A stretch of DNA of 64,000 bases, from contig RSEE01000016.1 of the NCBI GenBank assembly GCA_003971905.1, forward strand, positions 682,001 through 746,000. Reading direction: 5' to 3'. Below, piece after piece: positions 24,977 to 39,126 of the stretch. Under the pieces are notes generated by a model. It saw only the letters and a program-made list of their open reading frames with translations, had not been told where the DNA came from and searched no databases. The translations under genes and the position numbers were made by a program. Position 1 is the stretch's first letter; each line of letters begins with the position of its first letter. This stretch comes from Moniliella sp. 'wahieum'. Lineage: Eukaryota.

Positions 24977-25689
24977 AGGAAACGGGACACTTTCTGTTCT
25001 TCCATGTGAATGTTTGCCACCTTCGTTGGCCTCGCTTCTGTGCTCTGGCATTGGTCCCACATCTCCTTACCTCCTCATCTCGCGGGTTTTCAACATCTTA
25101 TATCTCTGCCGATACAGTAAAACCCCCCATTCCTATGCCGTTCCCTATTACCCCCTTCCCGCCTCTCCTCGCATATCGTCTCTCATGCCTGAGACGCCCT
25201 CATCACGGGTTTGCCTGTGTCCTATTCCTTCCCTCCCCCATATCTCGCTACGGCGGAGATTCGGTTTCCTGTTGATTACGGATTCTTGCTGCTTATCCAG
25301 AATGTCAGTTGCTCCCACCCATTGATGTATGCAACAAGTGCTGGGACTTGCGGTTCCATAGGTAGGACAAGGTGCCTTATCATATGTCACCCCCTGTATC
25401 ACTTCTTTTGACCTAACCGAAGCCCCTACACTTGTATACTCCGGTTTATTCGCGTTCCTGTCTTTTCAAGGTGTGGCACAATGCTTAGACGTGAACCACC
25501 GCCAACAACGCCATTGTATATCAATACTTCTCCAGAATTTCTCTACCCATTCGGTCTTGCAACAAGTTCTTTATTACGACAGCTCTTTCTTTCCATATCC
25601 TTGCGGAAGTTGGCCTGCCTTTTGCTTTGCATGCGCCACCATCCAAAACCTAGAGGAGCTTGTACCCGAGTCGGCAAGTGCCGAGCTAT

Positions 25690-26053
25690 TGTCACGGGCG
25701 GGCGCCGCCAGGGGCCCGCCCTGGGATTTTTGGGGTACAATCCCTTAGGCGACGGTAGGTCGACTCACGGTAGTTTCGGGCTTAGGCTGGTTGGTGTGTC
25801 CGAGCGGAGCTAGGGACGAGGAGAGGCTTTTGGTGGGGCGACTGCACGTGTGGCAAGGCTGCGTCTGCACCGGCTTGGGCCGTGGTAACGTGTCTGAAGC
25901 CTCCGGGACTTAGGGACGGGAGGCCACGATACTTAATTTAGCCAACCATCATCACACTTGGTTGGCCTGCGGTGCACGCTCTACTGGGCATGTGCGGAGC
26001 AGGCGGGCCTTAGCTTGGGTCGGACCATCTCGTGTCCGCCGCAGCCCGTGACA
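25690..26053. mobile_element. Solo LTR (364 bp) with 5-bp TSD GCTAT
   Basis: Ends TGTCACGGGC (25690) and GCCCGTGACA (26053) form a perfect 10-bp inverted repeat. GCTAT lies at 25685-25689 and 26054-26058. Confidence 0.85.
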
Positions 26054-26402
26054 GCTATATTCTTTTCGTGCTGGATATTGAGATCAAGAGGAACAATCCT
26101 CAAAGCTCCTGGGAAGTGTGCACCTCTCTTTTCTTCTCTCTGTCCTCCCCACCTTCCGCGACGCGTCAGCATCAAAAGACGCGCGTGTTTTAACTTGTTC
26201 AATGCTATGCACTGTTGCAATCGGGTGGGTGTGGCATCCATAGCAAGACCTGCGTTCATTGTGACGAGCGACTGGTGAAGGACACCGTCTTTTCTCTTTC
26301 GTACTAAGGCGTCACAGATATTTTCGACTCTCGATATTTTCCCCATCCACATGTCGATCAAAAAGCTAGTACTATAGCTATAGAGTGAGTGCCCTTAGTG
26401 CG

Positions 26403-26430
26403 TTGAACGTTGAACGTTGAACGTTGAACG
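26403..26430 (+). repeat. (TTGAACG)4 tandem heptamer
   Basis: Read directly. The same unit occurs in reverse orientation as (TTCAACG)3 at 22571-22591. Confidence 0.9.
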
Positions 26431-26959
26431 TTGATAGACTGAATGTCCTGGCGTTGACTTGTTTATCTTCACACGTATAGATCTCGTGAAAGGTCCCTCG
26501 TACCATCATACCAATGCCAGTCCAACAGATGATCACCTGGTGTGGCTTGTGTCCCCCCCCCATATCAGATGATCGATATGGCAGTCGACCTGCTGGGGTC
26601 GAAGGGAAGCGAATACCCACAGGCGTCTTTTTCACTGAACGTGTTGAAATTTGTAAGACATGGACCAACCATCGATCATCGCACACCTTTGACCATTTCA
26701 AATCTCAAGCCTGGTGGAATGTGCTGCTTCGCGCCCAGGCTCAGTAGCTTGGTCTGTGCACTGCCCGTTTCGGCCCCAGTTTGCGTGAAAGACAGGTGTT
26801 TTCTGCCCCGCAGCCATCACTAGGTTCAGCGCCCAACGTCAACCAACTGCGTTTGCTCTCTCAGCTCGCTCGCTCTGTCTACCACCTAAAGCAAGGCCAT
26901 TCTCTTTGCTTCCCGTCCTCCACCCCCCAAGACCACCATTCATTCACCTGCCCCAAATC

Positions 26960-28237
26960 ATGCCAGGCCAAGTCCGAGGCCTTATTACGACTGCCCTTCT
27001 TGGCACCGTGGTGGTGTGTCCATTTGCTTCGTTGCCTACCAAGGCCCCTTTGGCGAAGTGGAACGAGGTCTGCACGAAGGTCATGCCCATGTCATGCGCC
27101 AGTTGGGCGTATCTTCCACAGTGGACACAATTGCGGCTTCCCTTGACACCCGCTTCTCTTCAACTCCTCTGGCTCCAATTTGGGATACAGCCATGGATCT
27201 GTTTTGGGCGTTTGTTTTGTTCTTCAAGAACACGTTTGCCACCCGTTTTGGCCGCGGCGAGTTCATGTACCTCTCTATGGCTGCCGCTCCCTTGGTCTCC
27301 GGTATGTTCTTGGACGCCCTGAGGGAATCTAGCTGCACAGCGCTGTTGGTGCCGTGGTTCGTCTTCATTCTGTCAGTAGGTCAAGTTGCTACGTTGGGGG
27401 CTACGTTGAACATCCTTTACATTCCTTGGTATGCTTGGTACCGCCTTCGCCAAACCCGAAACCCGCTTTTGTGCCTCATACACCAGCGCCTGCGTTGGGT
27501 CTTGGGTTCTTCCACCTCGCCTCGACTGCCTACGGTGCCTCAGCGATGTTGACGACGTTTCTCGGGGTGGACCATAAAATGTGGATCTGGAGCAATATTG
27601 CCTTCCACTTTTCGCCCCTCTTCTTTCTCCCCTTGGCCCTGTGGCCCGCGGCACGCAAGCTCTTTAAAGTTGCGCCAGGGGACAAAAAGAACCATTCCGC
27701 TGATTGACCTACATTGGACCACCAACGCCATGACCTATTTGGGCTACATGTTTGCCATGTGGCTCATGTGGGATGAAGGAAAGGTCCTTCTCAGTACCCT
27801 GGCTAGCGGGTATGGTACCATGTTAGATGGCGCTACTTTGATTCATTCCCCTAGGGCTTACCTCGAATCCGTTCACGCCCTGGTTCAAAAGGGTGGCATT
27901 ACTTGTGAGGGTCTATGGCTGTTTGTGTTTGACACGTTGGGTATCATGCTGGCCGAGTACTTCGTCGTCGTGATTGACTCGTATGCAGACGATCTCCAAG
28001 TGGAGCGCACCAAAGTTGTTCGGATCCATCCCCCACGCCGAGTCCTGGAAGATGTAAGCTGTGCCGTGCTTGACCGCCGAATCTGAATACTGACTTATTG
28101 TGTTCTCTCAGTGGATCCTATCTGCGCCCCACTTCGTCTTCTTTGGCCCGGGGTGGCTCTTCAGCAACTACCTCTGGTTGCGCGAAGTCGCTGCCCAAAC
28201 TGCGAGCACTGGAGAGGCGGAAAGCAAAGACGAGTGA
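26960..28237 (+). CDS. Hypothetical multi-pass membrane protein; frameshifts; probable intron ~28053-28110
   Basis: Consecutive overlapping + ORFs with hydrophobic segments (e.g. LLVPWFVFILSVGQVATLGATLNILYIPWY, LWLFVFDTLGIMLAEYFVVVID). Intron signals gtaagc..ctgac..cag. Confidence 0.55.
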
Positions 28238-28859
28238 GCCCACCTTTCACATTGATATCCTCATTTGAAAGGTGGTTGTGCCACAGGGGGGTGGAAGGGT
28301 AGGACCATCGTCACCAATATCTCTGGGATTCTATCTTCCCGTCCTCGTGCTTATCGAACATGCCGTGTTAATGAGGACAAGGCCTACATAGAGAAGGGGA
28401 GGGGGAGGGAGGTGATGGATCTATTCCGAGAGAGGAGCCCGTTAGGGGTAGAACATAGGGGAGAGTCGGATAGACTTGGCATGCTTCCTACATCAGCAGC
28501 CACAGTTTGTCGCACCCCTCTACGATAGAGTTGCTCACTCGTACTTCACCAACTGGTACACATACGCTGTCTAAACCCCTCTCTGTCCCTGCATCGGTGC
28601 CTAGTCTGCTGGCCATGCAGGTCCGGCTCATCTAGAGCCGAAGGAAAGTGCGGGTGGCTACAGCAAAGTGCAGAAGAGCTTTTGCGATGTAATCCTCGGT
28701 CTGCTACACTATCACACCTGGTCTGCTACACCTACATCTTGCATTGGTCCTCCGTAAGGTGGCATCGCTTTGGCGTGCTCATCCAACTTCGTTCATACAC
28801 AACTTAGACAAAGGCACCGAATAGGTAGGGCTGGTTGGTAAGAGGAAACACCCTCGCCC

Positions 28860-30173
28860 TTAATACACGAATGACCAGGTCAACCCCAAAGACATCAAAA
28901 AGAGACTAACGCCCCACCCGCGGTAGATAGACTCGATCCCTTCTTCCTGTACCATGGTTTGGAGGCAGTCCACCAACCCGACGTAGGGTCGTACCGTACC
29001 GTTCCCGGCGTCTGCCTCGATTTCTGAGGAAGCGCAGGGACGAAGGATGACCACGGGCTCCTCTGCATCGCCTGGTTGCGAAGGCAGACGAGACTCAGCA
29101 TGCGCCTGCCATGCCCCCAGTGGTGCCTCCTCATCGTCCTCCTCTTGCTCAGGGGCGTCATTAGGTGTGTCAGAGTGCAAGACGGGGTTGATTGACGCGC
29201 CCGGGGCAGCCTCGGCGGGCGAACCCGATTCCCGCGGGCGTTGGGTTGCGAGCCGAACCATTGCGCATTCCAAGGGGATGCTGACGGCCAAGGTCAGTGC
29301 TTGGCACACGATGAAGACAGCCAGACTGAATGCTGACACTCGTAGAGCGTCAGATGTTCTCGTGGAGGTATATGCAGGAAGGTCTGCAGTGGTGACAGTA
29401 CCGACGCGCGCACTCCCGAAGCAGATTTTGCGTACGATAGGTAGGACCAACCCACTGAGGATTGCCTGCAGAACACTGACGCTGAACATACCCGGCAAAG
29501 CATACAGTCTCCAGGGCCGCCTGAGTTCTCCGGGACTCAGCAACTCGTTCAGATTCGACAAGGGTTGCGTCCAGGGAAGAGCCTTGGGGTGGATAATGGT
29601 GCTGGATACCGGGGAAAGCATGGTCAGCGAATGGCCGTAACGGGAAAAAGCAGGGCAAGCAAACTCACCGATTGGAAATAATGGACATGGGCAAGTCCAC
29701 CAACGTTATGATCAGAATATTGATGAACATGGGGAAGATACCGATCTCGCCAGTTTCCGCCGCTTTTTCCATTGCGACCCGGACGCAACAAAGGGAGCAA
29801 TGATGATGATGAAGCCAAAAATCATGATCCAGATCGTCTCCAGCGCCGTTGGGAACGCGCCGCGGAACAGCCCGGTCCAGCCCTCAATCTGCACGACGCG
29901 TTTGGCCATTCCGAACACGCCCGATGTGACAGGACCAATCTTTATAGGCTCGGTGCGAATGGAAAAGAAACCACGACTGCGCTCCGACGAGGGCGTTTCG
30001 CTCTCCTCGGCCACGCCCAAGGACACGGCGCGAGGCAAGTAGTTGGCCCGCAGACGCGCCATTGAACTGATGAGCGGCTGAACGATCACCGTCGACACGG
30101 CGATCATCACGACAAAGAATACCAGCGTCAGCAAGGCAACCATAATGAGACCGGGCAGATTCATGGTGCGCAT
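28860..30173 (-). CDS. Mitochondrial-carrier-domain protein (divergent)
   Basis: Carrier-repeat-like segments QPLISSMARLRANY..GVFGMAKRVVQIEGWTGLFRG and PLECAMVRLATQR..YVGLVDCLQTMVQEEGIESIYRGW. Confidence 0.7.
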
Positions 30174-30436
30174 AATGGTGGTGGCGTTGCGAGCCTGCTG
30201 TTCGCCAGCCTCGGCGAGACGATGCGCAGCGGGCGCCTATCGGTGCAACGCCCCGGCTACGGCGGGTGTGCTCGGGCCACGCAAGGTGGCGACGCATGTG
30301 CTCGGATGCTATTTCGGCACACACGTCGTCACCCATCCGGCATCACCCGCCACGCGTCACGCGCTGCACGGGGGCGCTGGGTCACGTGAGCCCGCCGCGC
30401 TCCAACAAACACCTGGGGCTGGCTCCTGCTGGATAG

Positions 30437-33400
30437 ATGAGCATGCGCCCATCGGGGGGCACGCGCTGTTTGCTGTTTGTCCACCACACGCCGAGCAGCA
30501 TGTCCCGCAGCGAGGCCAAACTCCGCCGCCTCGCACACGCCCTCAGCCGCGCTGCGGCCGCGCCCACCCCCACCCTGCCTTGCCCTCGCCCCGACGCGCA
30601 GGCGGAGCAGCAGCCGGACGCACCCACCACCACCCTCGATGCGCTCGCGCCGCACCTTTCCTTGATGCAGGGCAGCGACTGGACGCAGTATGCCGCAGAC
30701 GAGTCCATCCTGCACCCCGACCCGCTCTTCCCCGACTTTGATGCCAGCCTCCATTCTCCCCGACGCCAGCACCACGCCGGCCTCGCCCGCGCGGGCGAGG
30801 ACGCACTGGACGACCCGATCCGAGCGGTCATCAGTGCAGCCGACGAGGCTGTTCAGGCCTTCCATTTCCGCCTGGTCGAACTCTCTGTCTCTCATGCAGC
30901 CGAAGCAGAACAAACGTCCCGCTCTTTGGCAGCATCAGTGGCTAAGGCCAACCACGCCGAGGCGGAACGGGCGGTAGTCCAAGTGGAGCGAGACGAAGCT
31001 CTTTCCATGGCATCTGCGGCACGGGAGCAAGTATCAGCTCTCACCCGTGCCCTGGAAGCAGCGACAGGCGACCAAGAGAAGCTCAAGCAGAGCAGAGCTG
31101 TTGCAGATGCCCTCTTGGCTTCGCATGAGCGACTCAGAGAGGTGGAAGAGGCGCAACGGAAGGAGGAGAAGGCTGCACTTCTGCGTCGCATGGGCGCAAG
31201 CAGAGGAACAAGAACTCAAGCCCGCCCTAGCCCAGAAGGCATTCGAACAACATTCACAATGGCTTGCCCTTCCCCGGGAGGAAGGAAACGAGCACTCTTA
31301 CCGTCCGCTTCACCTGCGAACAGGCCACGGAAATCGGAGCCTCTTCCGATGGCATTCACACACGATCTACCCCTTTCCAGGACGAGAATTCTCCCCCTGT
31401 TCAAGAGGAGAAGGAGGATGATCGGATATCCCAACTAGAGGCCAAGCTTCTGCGCCGGACCGAGCAGCTGGGACAAGTTCAGCTTAACCTGCGCAAGCAG
31501 GAGAGGGAAGGGGACCAAGCCCGTTTTGCCGCTGAAGTAGCAGAGCAGGAGGCCTCCCTTCTCCGCACAAGAGTGGGGGAATCTGAGACTGCCCTAGCCG
31601 CTATGCGGGAAAAGCTCGCAACCGTGCAAACTGAGTTACGCAACGCCAAGGCTGTCCGAAGAGCAAGAGCAACAGGACGCGCAGCATACAACAGAGAAGA
31701 GTCGGCTCGTTGAGCGCGTAGCCCAGCTGGAAGCGGAGGTGAAAGATCTCCACACGGCGCTGGATGTTGCGGAAGCCGCGCGCGCATCCCTCCAGGGGAG
31801 GAGAGGGATGCGGTCCAACGTGCTCGGGAGGCATATCAAGAAAGCAAGGCGCTTCGTACTGAGCTGGCATCCGCCATGGAGCAGCTCAACACGCTTTCCC
31901 AGAGCAAGGCAGAAGTGGCGGAACAGCTCCTAACAGAGAGAACTAGGATTGTCGAGATTCTCCAAGAACGGGAAACTCTGCTCCAAGCGCACAAGACACA
32001 TGAGGAGACTCTTCAACAGGCTCGGGGCAAACGGAGGTCGTGCAAACAGAATTGGAAGCTAGTCGCATGGCGTATGCGCAGGCGCAAGAAGCTATGCGAG
32101 ACGCCCAGACCGAGGTGGAGCGTCTCGTTCGCAATGTGCGTTCAACCGAGGAGGAGAATGCTCGCCTTCTCTCCCTCCTTTCGGAAAAGGACAAGGAACA
32201 CACTTCCCTTTCTGCGGCACTTGCTTCGGCCAATGAACGGGCGCTCGAGGAAAGCACATTCGCAACTCGGGCTGCAGAGGAGCAAATGCTCCTTCAGCAA
32301 AAGCTGGCACGGACCGAGCGGTCGTTGTCTAAGATGAAGAGTGCGCTGGAAGCGCAGGCGGAGGAGGCGACGCCGGAGGAAGGCTCTCGGCCAACAGAAG
32401 GTGAGCTTCAAGCTGTCCAAGCTGAGAGGGATTCTCTCCTTTCCCAGCTTTCCCATCTCTCTGTTCACGTGGCCGCCGTGGAGACACGCTGGGCCCATTC
32501 GCTTGCATTGCTAAGAAGGACAAGGGAAGAAGTCATTGCCCATCAGGCGTCACAGGACCAACTGAAGAATATGCTTCTCAGTGCCACACGAACAGAAAAG
32601 GCTACTTGAGGGGACGGCGGATATGGAAACCCGTCTGCATCAGGCTCGAGACACCATTTCCAAGTTGGAGGAGGAACGAGCCCAGTTGATCGAGGCTCAG
32701 GTGGGGTCAAAGAAGGATGAGCAAGCCAGTGAGGCTGCCCGTGAAGAGAATGCTGTACTCTCTGCGCGTGTGGAGGAGATGACAGCGCATCTGACAACAT
32801 TACGTCAAGACAGGGTTGCCTCTGAGTCGAAGCGGGAAGAAGCGGTGAAGGAGCTGGCTATGACGAAAGAAACGGTCCAGGTTATGGAGGCAGAGTTGGC
32901 CCAAGCAAAGGATGCTCAGAGCAAGGTGGCATTGGAGTCGGCTTCTCTTCGGACAAGGTGCAAGTCGTGGAAAAAGCAGTGCCGACGCCCAAGCCGCTCG
33001 CAGCGAGGCAGAAGAAAAGTTGGCGTTGCTCAAAAACCAATTACAGGAGGTGCAGCAGCAGCGTTCGGAAGCCGTCAAAGCTCTCGAGGCCGTCAAAGTG
33101 AGATGGAGAGGGAAAAGGGTCCCAGTGCTGAGCAAGTTCAGTTACAGACCGAACTCGACCAGCTGTATGTTTTCTCCTTCTCTGCTTTGGTTGAATTGAA
33201 AACTAACCTATATTCTGTCGCAGACGCTGATCAAGGAAGATCTTCAAGAACAAGTCTCGGAGTTGACGTCGCTTGTGGAGCAACAGGCAGCCGAAATTGA
33301 GGGGTACGACGACCGGGTTCTGGAATGAAGAAGACAGCAAAGAAGGTGCAGAGCAAGCTGGCCAAGGTCCAAGCCGAGCGGGAAGGATTGCGACAACGCC

Positions 33401-33820
33401 TGGATCGGGCCCTTGCGGATGGCGGGAGAAAGGAAGGATGAGATGGGCTACCTGGGTGGGATCCACACAAGATCTCCGTCCAAGAGCGCGTCGCCGAGCA
33501 AGGTGCGCGTTGTGGCGGGGGCAAAGCGCCCCTGTCCCTCTGACGATGCGCCAGTGCGGCCTGGACCTGGGCCGAGCAGCGTGGGGGTGCAGAGTGTGCC
33601 CGGCGGGCTGGGGGTCAAACCGTCGAACCAGGGCATGTCCGGCCCGCCGTGGCAGAAACAAACGAGACGGGGCAGAGAAGCCACTCCAGCCTGCTCTCGG
33701 CGGGGCCGGGGAGAAGAGAAGCGATGTCTCGTCTTCGGCAGCAGCTGCTGGGCACAAGGTGGGCGGGGTGAGGGGGCGTAGCGAGGGAGGCAGAGTCGGT
33801 GGACGACTGCAGCTGGCATG
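30437..33820 (+). CDS. Long coiled-coil protein of unknown function; many frameshifts; boundaries approximate
   Basis: A chain of + ORFs rich in E/Q/A/L/R/K heptad-like sequence runs from ~30850 to ~33400. Confidence 0.6.
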
Positions 33821-34725
33821 ATGAATGAAAGATGAAATGTGTACCTGTGCTGCTGGTTTCTGGCAGGAGGGATAGGACTCCATCGTAGGCCGGGGGAAGT
33901 GGGCATGCCGAGAGCGCTCGGGCCAGGTGGAGGGACTGCTGGCGGAGTCAGCGATGGCGGATATACATACCATGGGAATCTGGAATGCAACATCTATACA
34001 CGTCCTCGGCTGCTGCTTGGTGCTGTAGCTACTACTAGGCTACTGAGAAGCATAGGTTACCTTGGTCGCCCTGGCCTGGCCTCGGGGGAGACACAGGTGG
34101 GACGCTGCGCTGCGCCCGGTTGATTGATCGTCGATGATGATGATCTGATGATTGATCGATTGATCGATGATCGACGTCGATGGCGTCGACGGCATGCGGG
34201 GACCGAGGCGTCGGAGCAGCGACGCTCGCATGCGCACAAGCGACGCAGGCGCAGACAGATGCAGGGAGGTGCTGGGCCTGCCAAAAAAGGCGCACCAGAC
34301 AACCAGTGCGCCAGCCTCACGCATTCTCCCTGCGCTGCAGCGCCACCGGTCACCATTGCATTCGCGCGCCTCGCCTGCTTCCCAGATGACGCACGCACCG
34401 CAGCACACTCGCCCCCCGCAGCGCACTCATATAGACGTTCGGCCAGCCCATCTCAAACACAACACTGCCCCTCTGCCCAGCCCACCGCACACCGCCGGAG
34501 ACACTGCCCAGCACAGCCCTTTCCAGATCAGGCAGAGGCTGGGTAAGACTTGCGCGATCTCAGCCACCAGGGCAGTGTCCGGCCGGGAGAATCTACTTGA
34601 GCGAGAGGCAAAGCCCAGGGGGAACTTGGCCCCGCTGGGCCAGTCCTTGGCAAGTCAGCCTCGAGCTTCAAGCTCAGCCCCGCTCACGCCTCTTATTGAC
34701 AACGCCGGTCACAGATCCTCTGTCC

Positions 34726-37629
34726 ATGTCATAGGGCGCGCTCTGCTCTGCTCTTTCTGACCAACATCCTCGCCGTCTCCGTCAACGCGGCTTGCCTCCG
34801 ACGTCGCCCGTGGAACATCGTCGTCATCGTGCCACACACACCCTTCGCCGCATACCCTCCACACCGCACCCTCCACCGTACTATCTCCAGGCGGCAAGGA
34901 GGCTGCGGAGGGTGAGATGGACCCGTCCAGAAGCGCCAGCTTGGCCAGCAAGAGTGCAAGCAAGAGCGCCAGCCGCGCGAGTAAATCTGCCTCCCGCTCA
35001 GCCTACGATTCGAGCCGCAGCGCAAGTCGCGAGGCGTCACGAGCCAAAAGTCGTGTCCAAGGCCTCCTCTCGGTCGGAAGCCTCTGTATCGAGAACGGCA
35101 ACCGCTAGCGCCCCCTCCTCGACCACCTCTGTTCCATCTACGTTACCGTCATCCCCCCCCGCTTCTTCTCCCACCACCGCTTCTACCACGACTTCGCCCA
35201 TTCCAACTTGCTCCACGGAAACGGCCTCGTCCTTTAGCTCCCCTGCAACACCTTCTTCGGTCACTTCTTCTTTGACTGGTACCTCGTCTTCGGGGGCCAC
35301 CTCTTCTTTGGGGGTGTCCTCGTCGGGGGCTACTTCATCTTCGGAGGCTATCCTCATCTTCAGCTACCGCTTCGGCTACCTCTTCGGCTACAGCAACCTC
35401 CAGTCTCACCAGTTCTCCGCCCCCTACTTCCACGGTGCAGACGAGCTCAACCAATCAGGCACCAGCACCACTCTACCTACCAGCTCCCTAACCAGCGCCA
35501 CCCTCAGCTCGTTGACAACAAGCACTCCCGCTTCCAGTACCAGTTCATCGTCTTCTAGCCCCTTTCCTCTCCCCTCCGGAGTGCACACGCACCATCATCA
35601 TCTCTCGGTGGGCAGATTGCGGGAATCGTGCTCGGGAGCGTGTTTGGGGCCCTGGTGCTCCTACTGGTATTGGCGCTGTTGGCACTCCTTCTTCGTCGCC
35701 GACAGAGGGGAAATGGAGGCATCAAAGCCGCAGAGGCAGGCAGAGCAGCCGAAGAGGGCGCCCTCTGGGTGAGCATCCGGGGACATTACGGGTCCTGATT
35801 TCGCCCCCGTGTTGGATGCACAGAGCCAGGGCAACGCGTAATGCAGCAGGGTGCATATGCACCCGTGGCAGCCCAGGATGATGCATTGCCTGTTTCCAGG
35901 GTCGGTGCGGACACTTCCGGGGTGGCCGCAGGGACAGGTGCCGGCGTTGCTGCCGGGGCAGGTATATTGGCAGGAATAGGACGAAGCAACTCGGCAAGGA
36001 AGCCCATCAAGACGACGGCCGATGAAGCGGAAGCTGCCGCAGTTGCCGAGGAAGCCGCAAGGCGAAACAAACGCCTCTCTTGGTTAGCGCCTTTCTTTTC
36101 CCGCTCCCCACCGGGCAACACCATCGTCGCCTTTCGATCACGTCACCACTGACGAGGCGCACCCGTTCTTCCACTCCGGGTCCAGCGTCCCCTACGTCAC
36201 CGACCCAGGCGACATGTACGACACGGGGAGATCGATTGGGTCCCATCCATCTTATCCCGCGGTGGAGCGTGTGGATGAGATGGGCGTGGCAGGTATGGCA
36301 GGTGCCGCTGGTGCATCAGAAAGCCTGGAAGCAAACCAAAACCCCCCCGCTCTCCCCCTGCTGACCCAAGCGAGCTGCATCCTACCCATTCCACTGCTCC
36401 TCATGCCACTTCATCCCCCGCTTTACTCCAGCCTGGAAGAGATTCGGACATCTTAGTCCCTGTCCATGAAGCTGAAGGTCCAAGTAGCCAAGCTTGGACA
36501 AGTGCACGAGCATCGCCTGCCCCCGATTTCAGTACACCTGCGCTGGTGGTTGAGGGGAGAAGAGTTTCACCCCCGGAGCCCGGACCCCAAGGACGGGAAA
36601 GAGTCCCTTCCAGCCTGTCTGCCACCACGCAGGACCAGTGGTTCGATGCCCGCCAAACGCCCGCTTCCGTCACCCCAAGGCATACTCCAAGCCCCTATCC
36701 TAGGCTGAGCGAGGGGGGCGGTGAGGCACGTTTAGCGGCACATCCACCCACCCCTGTTGAGATTTCGGACGAGGCCTTGTTAGCTCCCACGTCGGCTTTG
36801 GGAATGCTTGTGCCGTCTACCAGTGTGGTTCCCCCTTTGGTACTACGGCCGGCGAGGGTGCAGCGAGGTCCTCTGGCTACTCGTCATTTGGCCAAAACAC
36901 CAACCTTCTGGGTCCTGGGGCGGAAGGCGAGTCTCCTCCTATGACGCTTAGTTCTCCACCTGCCTTGCCCCAAGAAGCATGGGTGGACGCAAGCGATGGC
37001 AACTTGGGATCCTCATTGGGTGGTGCGCAAGGCGGCGAAGAAGTTGGGTCGACCCAAGTGATGGACCCCTCTGACCCAGACAGCGGGAATCAGACCAGTG
37101 GTGCGCACGTTCTTCCCATGGCAGCTGAAGGCGGAGCAAGAACACCAACGAGCCCGCAACCCAGAAGGCGTACAAGCCGTCTTTCTGGCCCGCGTTCACG
37201 CCCCGCTCCCCTACCACCCATAACCACGGAACGAACTCCGTCACACCTCAAGCTTCAAGTGGAAGACTTCCTCTTCGACCCGAGATGGGACCAGGGCCCG
37301 TGTCCCCCTTTGGTGCTGGGAAGAGGAGCACCTTTGGTCCCCCGTCAGAGGAAGAGCAAGGGAGGCTGATTCTGCCGCCCTCGGCAGTCGATGGGTCGTC
37401 CATCGTTGGGTCGGTGGCCGAGACGCCTGTACGATCTTCTCAAGACAGGCCGTCACCCTCGTATCCCTCGGCCGCAGCCAGCCCCGCAGCATCTCGATGG
37501 GGCAGAGGCACGTCGTACGCCCGAGAAAGTTCGTCCAACAACGAGCACTCTCTTGATGTGAGTCGGCGTGCTGGCGTGTCAGACGAGCGCGAACGGTCGT
37601 CGGACGTCGAGCCAGGTTCCGGAGAGTGA
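34726..37629 (+). CDS. Ser/Thr-rich single-pass type I membrane protein (Mid2/Wsc-like architecture); boundaries approximate
   Basis: Signal-peptide-like LLFLTNILAVSVNA near 34745. Long S/T-rich tract ~35050-35560. TM-like segment QIAGIVLGSVFGALVLLLVLALLALLL-RRR at ~35610-35700, then a low-complexity tail. Confidence 0.6.
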
Positions 37630-38204
37630 CGCGTGGAGTACGCATCTCGTGTATCTGCTTGTTTCGTTTGCCGAGGCTCCAAGTGCTTTTCTTTATCTCA
37701 TCCATGGAGCTTGAAGAACGGCTGAACGGCTGAAGCTTGAAATCGTGCCCACACGTAAATACCGCCGGCGACGACGACCATGGCGATGCTCAATATGTTT
37801 TTCGTTTATACTAGCTTTGGATTATGTTCTGTTCCTCCCACCCATGGTACATCCTACGCTCCCCTTCTTGTTCCTCCCCCCCTGTCCTATCTCTGTCCGC
37901 TTCATGCGCCTGCAATCTATCCATGTACCCGCCGCTATTTGACCAACAAGGCACGCGTGTGCGTGCGAGCCCAGTCCGGGGAAGCTCAAGTGCCAGGCAA
38001 GCAGCGATTGTAACCGAACGAGCATCATGCATCATCGACACCATTGATGTTTCTGCACGTGCCACAATAAAAATGGAAGAACAGCAGACGTGCAACCCTA
38101 ATGGATGCTGCTGCGGCGAGCAAACCGAGGAACCCTAGCGATTGCAAGCCAGCTTCTACTCCACCGGCCGTCACCACCAGCCGCGTTACCACCAAGCACC
38201 CAAA

Positions 38205-38777
38205 ATGGTGAGTCCTTACGCACGGGGGGGGGGGGTTGGGGCGAGTGGGGCGCATGGGTCAGCTTGCGCTGCACCGATGGGAGGTTGTATGGCCCCGCTT
38301 GGGCCTCCCCCTCTGGATGTGGGAGAGAAGATGGGTGGGAAAAGCTGTGCTGACACGAATGTGGATTGTGTGCAGGACCCTAACTCGCCTGTGACGCTGC
38401 GCACGCGCAAGTTCCTGCGTAACGCCCTTCTCCAGCGGCGGCAATGCGTGCTGGAGGTGATCCACCCGGCGCGTCCCAACGTCAGCCGTGCTGAGCTGTC
38501 GGAGAAGCTGGGTGCGCTCTACAAGGCGCCTGCCGAGCAGGTGGTCACCTTTGGCCTGCGCACACACTTTGGTGGTGGCCGCACCACTGGTTTTGCGTTG
38601 ATCTACGACTCGGCGGAGGCGCAGAAGAAGTTTGAGCCCAAGTTCCGTTTGGTGCGCTCCGGTCTGGAGGCCAAGGTGGAGGGTGCCGGTCGCAAGCTCA
38701 GGAAGGAGCGCAAGAACCGCAGCAAGAAGTTCTTTGGCACGGCCAAGAACAAGGCTTCCGACGCCAAGAAGAAGTAA
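38205..38777 (+). CDS. RPS24: 40S ribosomal protein eS24 (S24); intron 38208-38375 directly after ATG
   Basis: ATG|gtgagt..gctgac..cag|[67 protein letters not shown]. Confidence 0.96.
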   Translation: MVSPYARGGGVGASGAHGSACAAPMGGCMAPLGPPPLDVGEKMGGKSCADTNVDCVQDPNSPVTLRTRKFLRNALLQRRQCVLEVIHPARPNVSRAELSEKLGALYKAPAEQVVTFGLRTHFGGGRTTGFALIYDSAEAQKKFEPKFRLVRSGLEAKVEGAGRKLRKERKNRSKKFFGTAKNKASDAKKK

Positions 38778-39126
38778 GCCTATGCCTCGTGTGGCCCTAG
38801 TGTCGGCCACTTCATATCCTCGCTGGCACGATGGGGTCATCGAAAATTGCACACTCTGGATGCGGGACATCATTCCCTGTTGGCCGTCACAACCCTGCCT
38901 CTTTTGTTACTCGACCCTCGCTCGGTTCATGGCAGAGGCCACACACTTTCCTCTCTTCTCCCTGATCAAGAGTATGCACCTCCATGGCAATGAAGCTATC
39001 CATATGCCCCAGGTTTGCTTGAGGTTGCTGCGCTGTTCTGAGGCGCTTCCATTTACAGAGCGTTACTCACAGTACCGAGTGCGAAGTAGGATCATGATCA
39101 GAGACTGACACGGGAGAGATTACATG

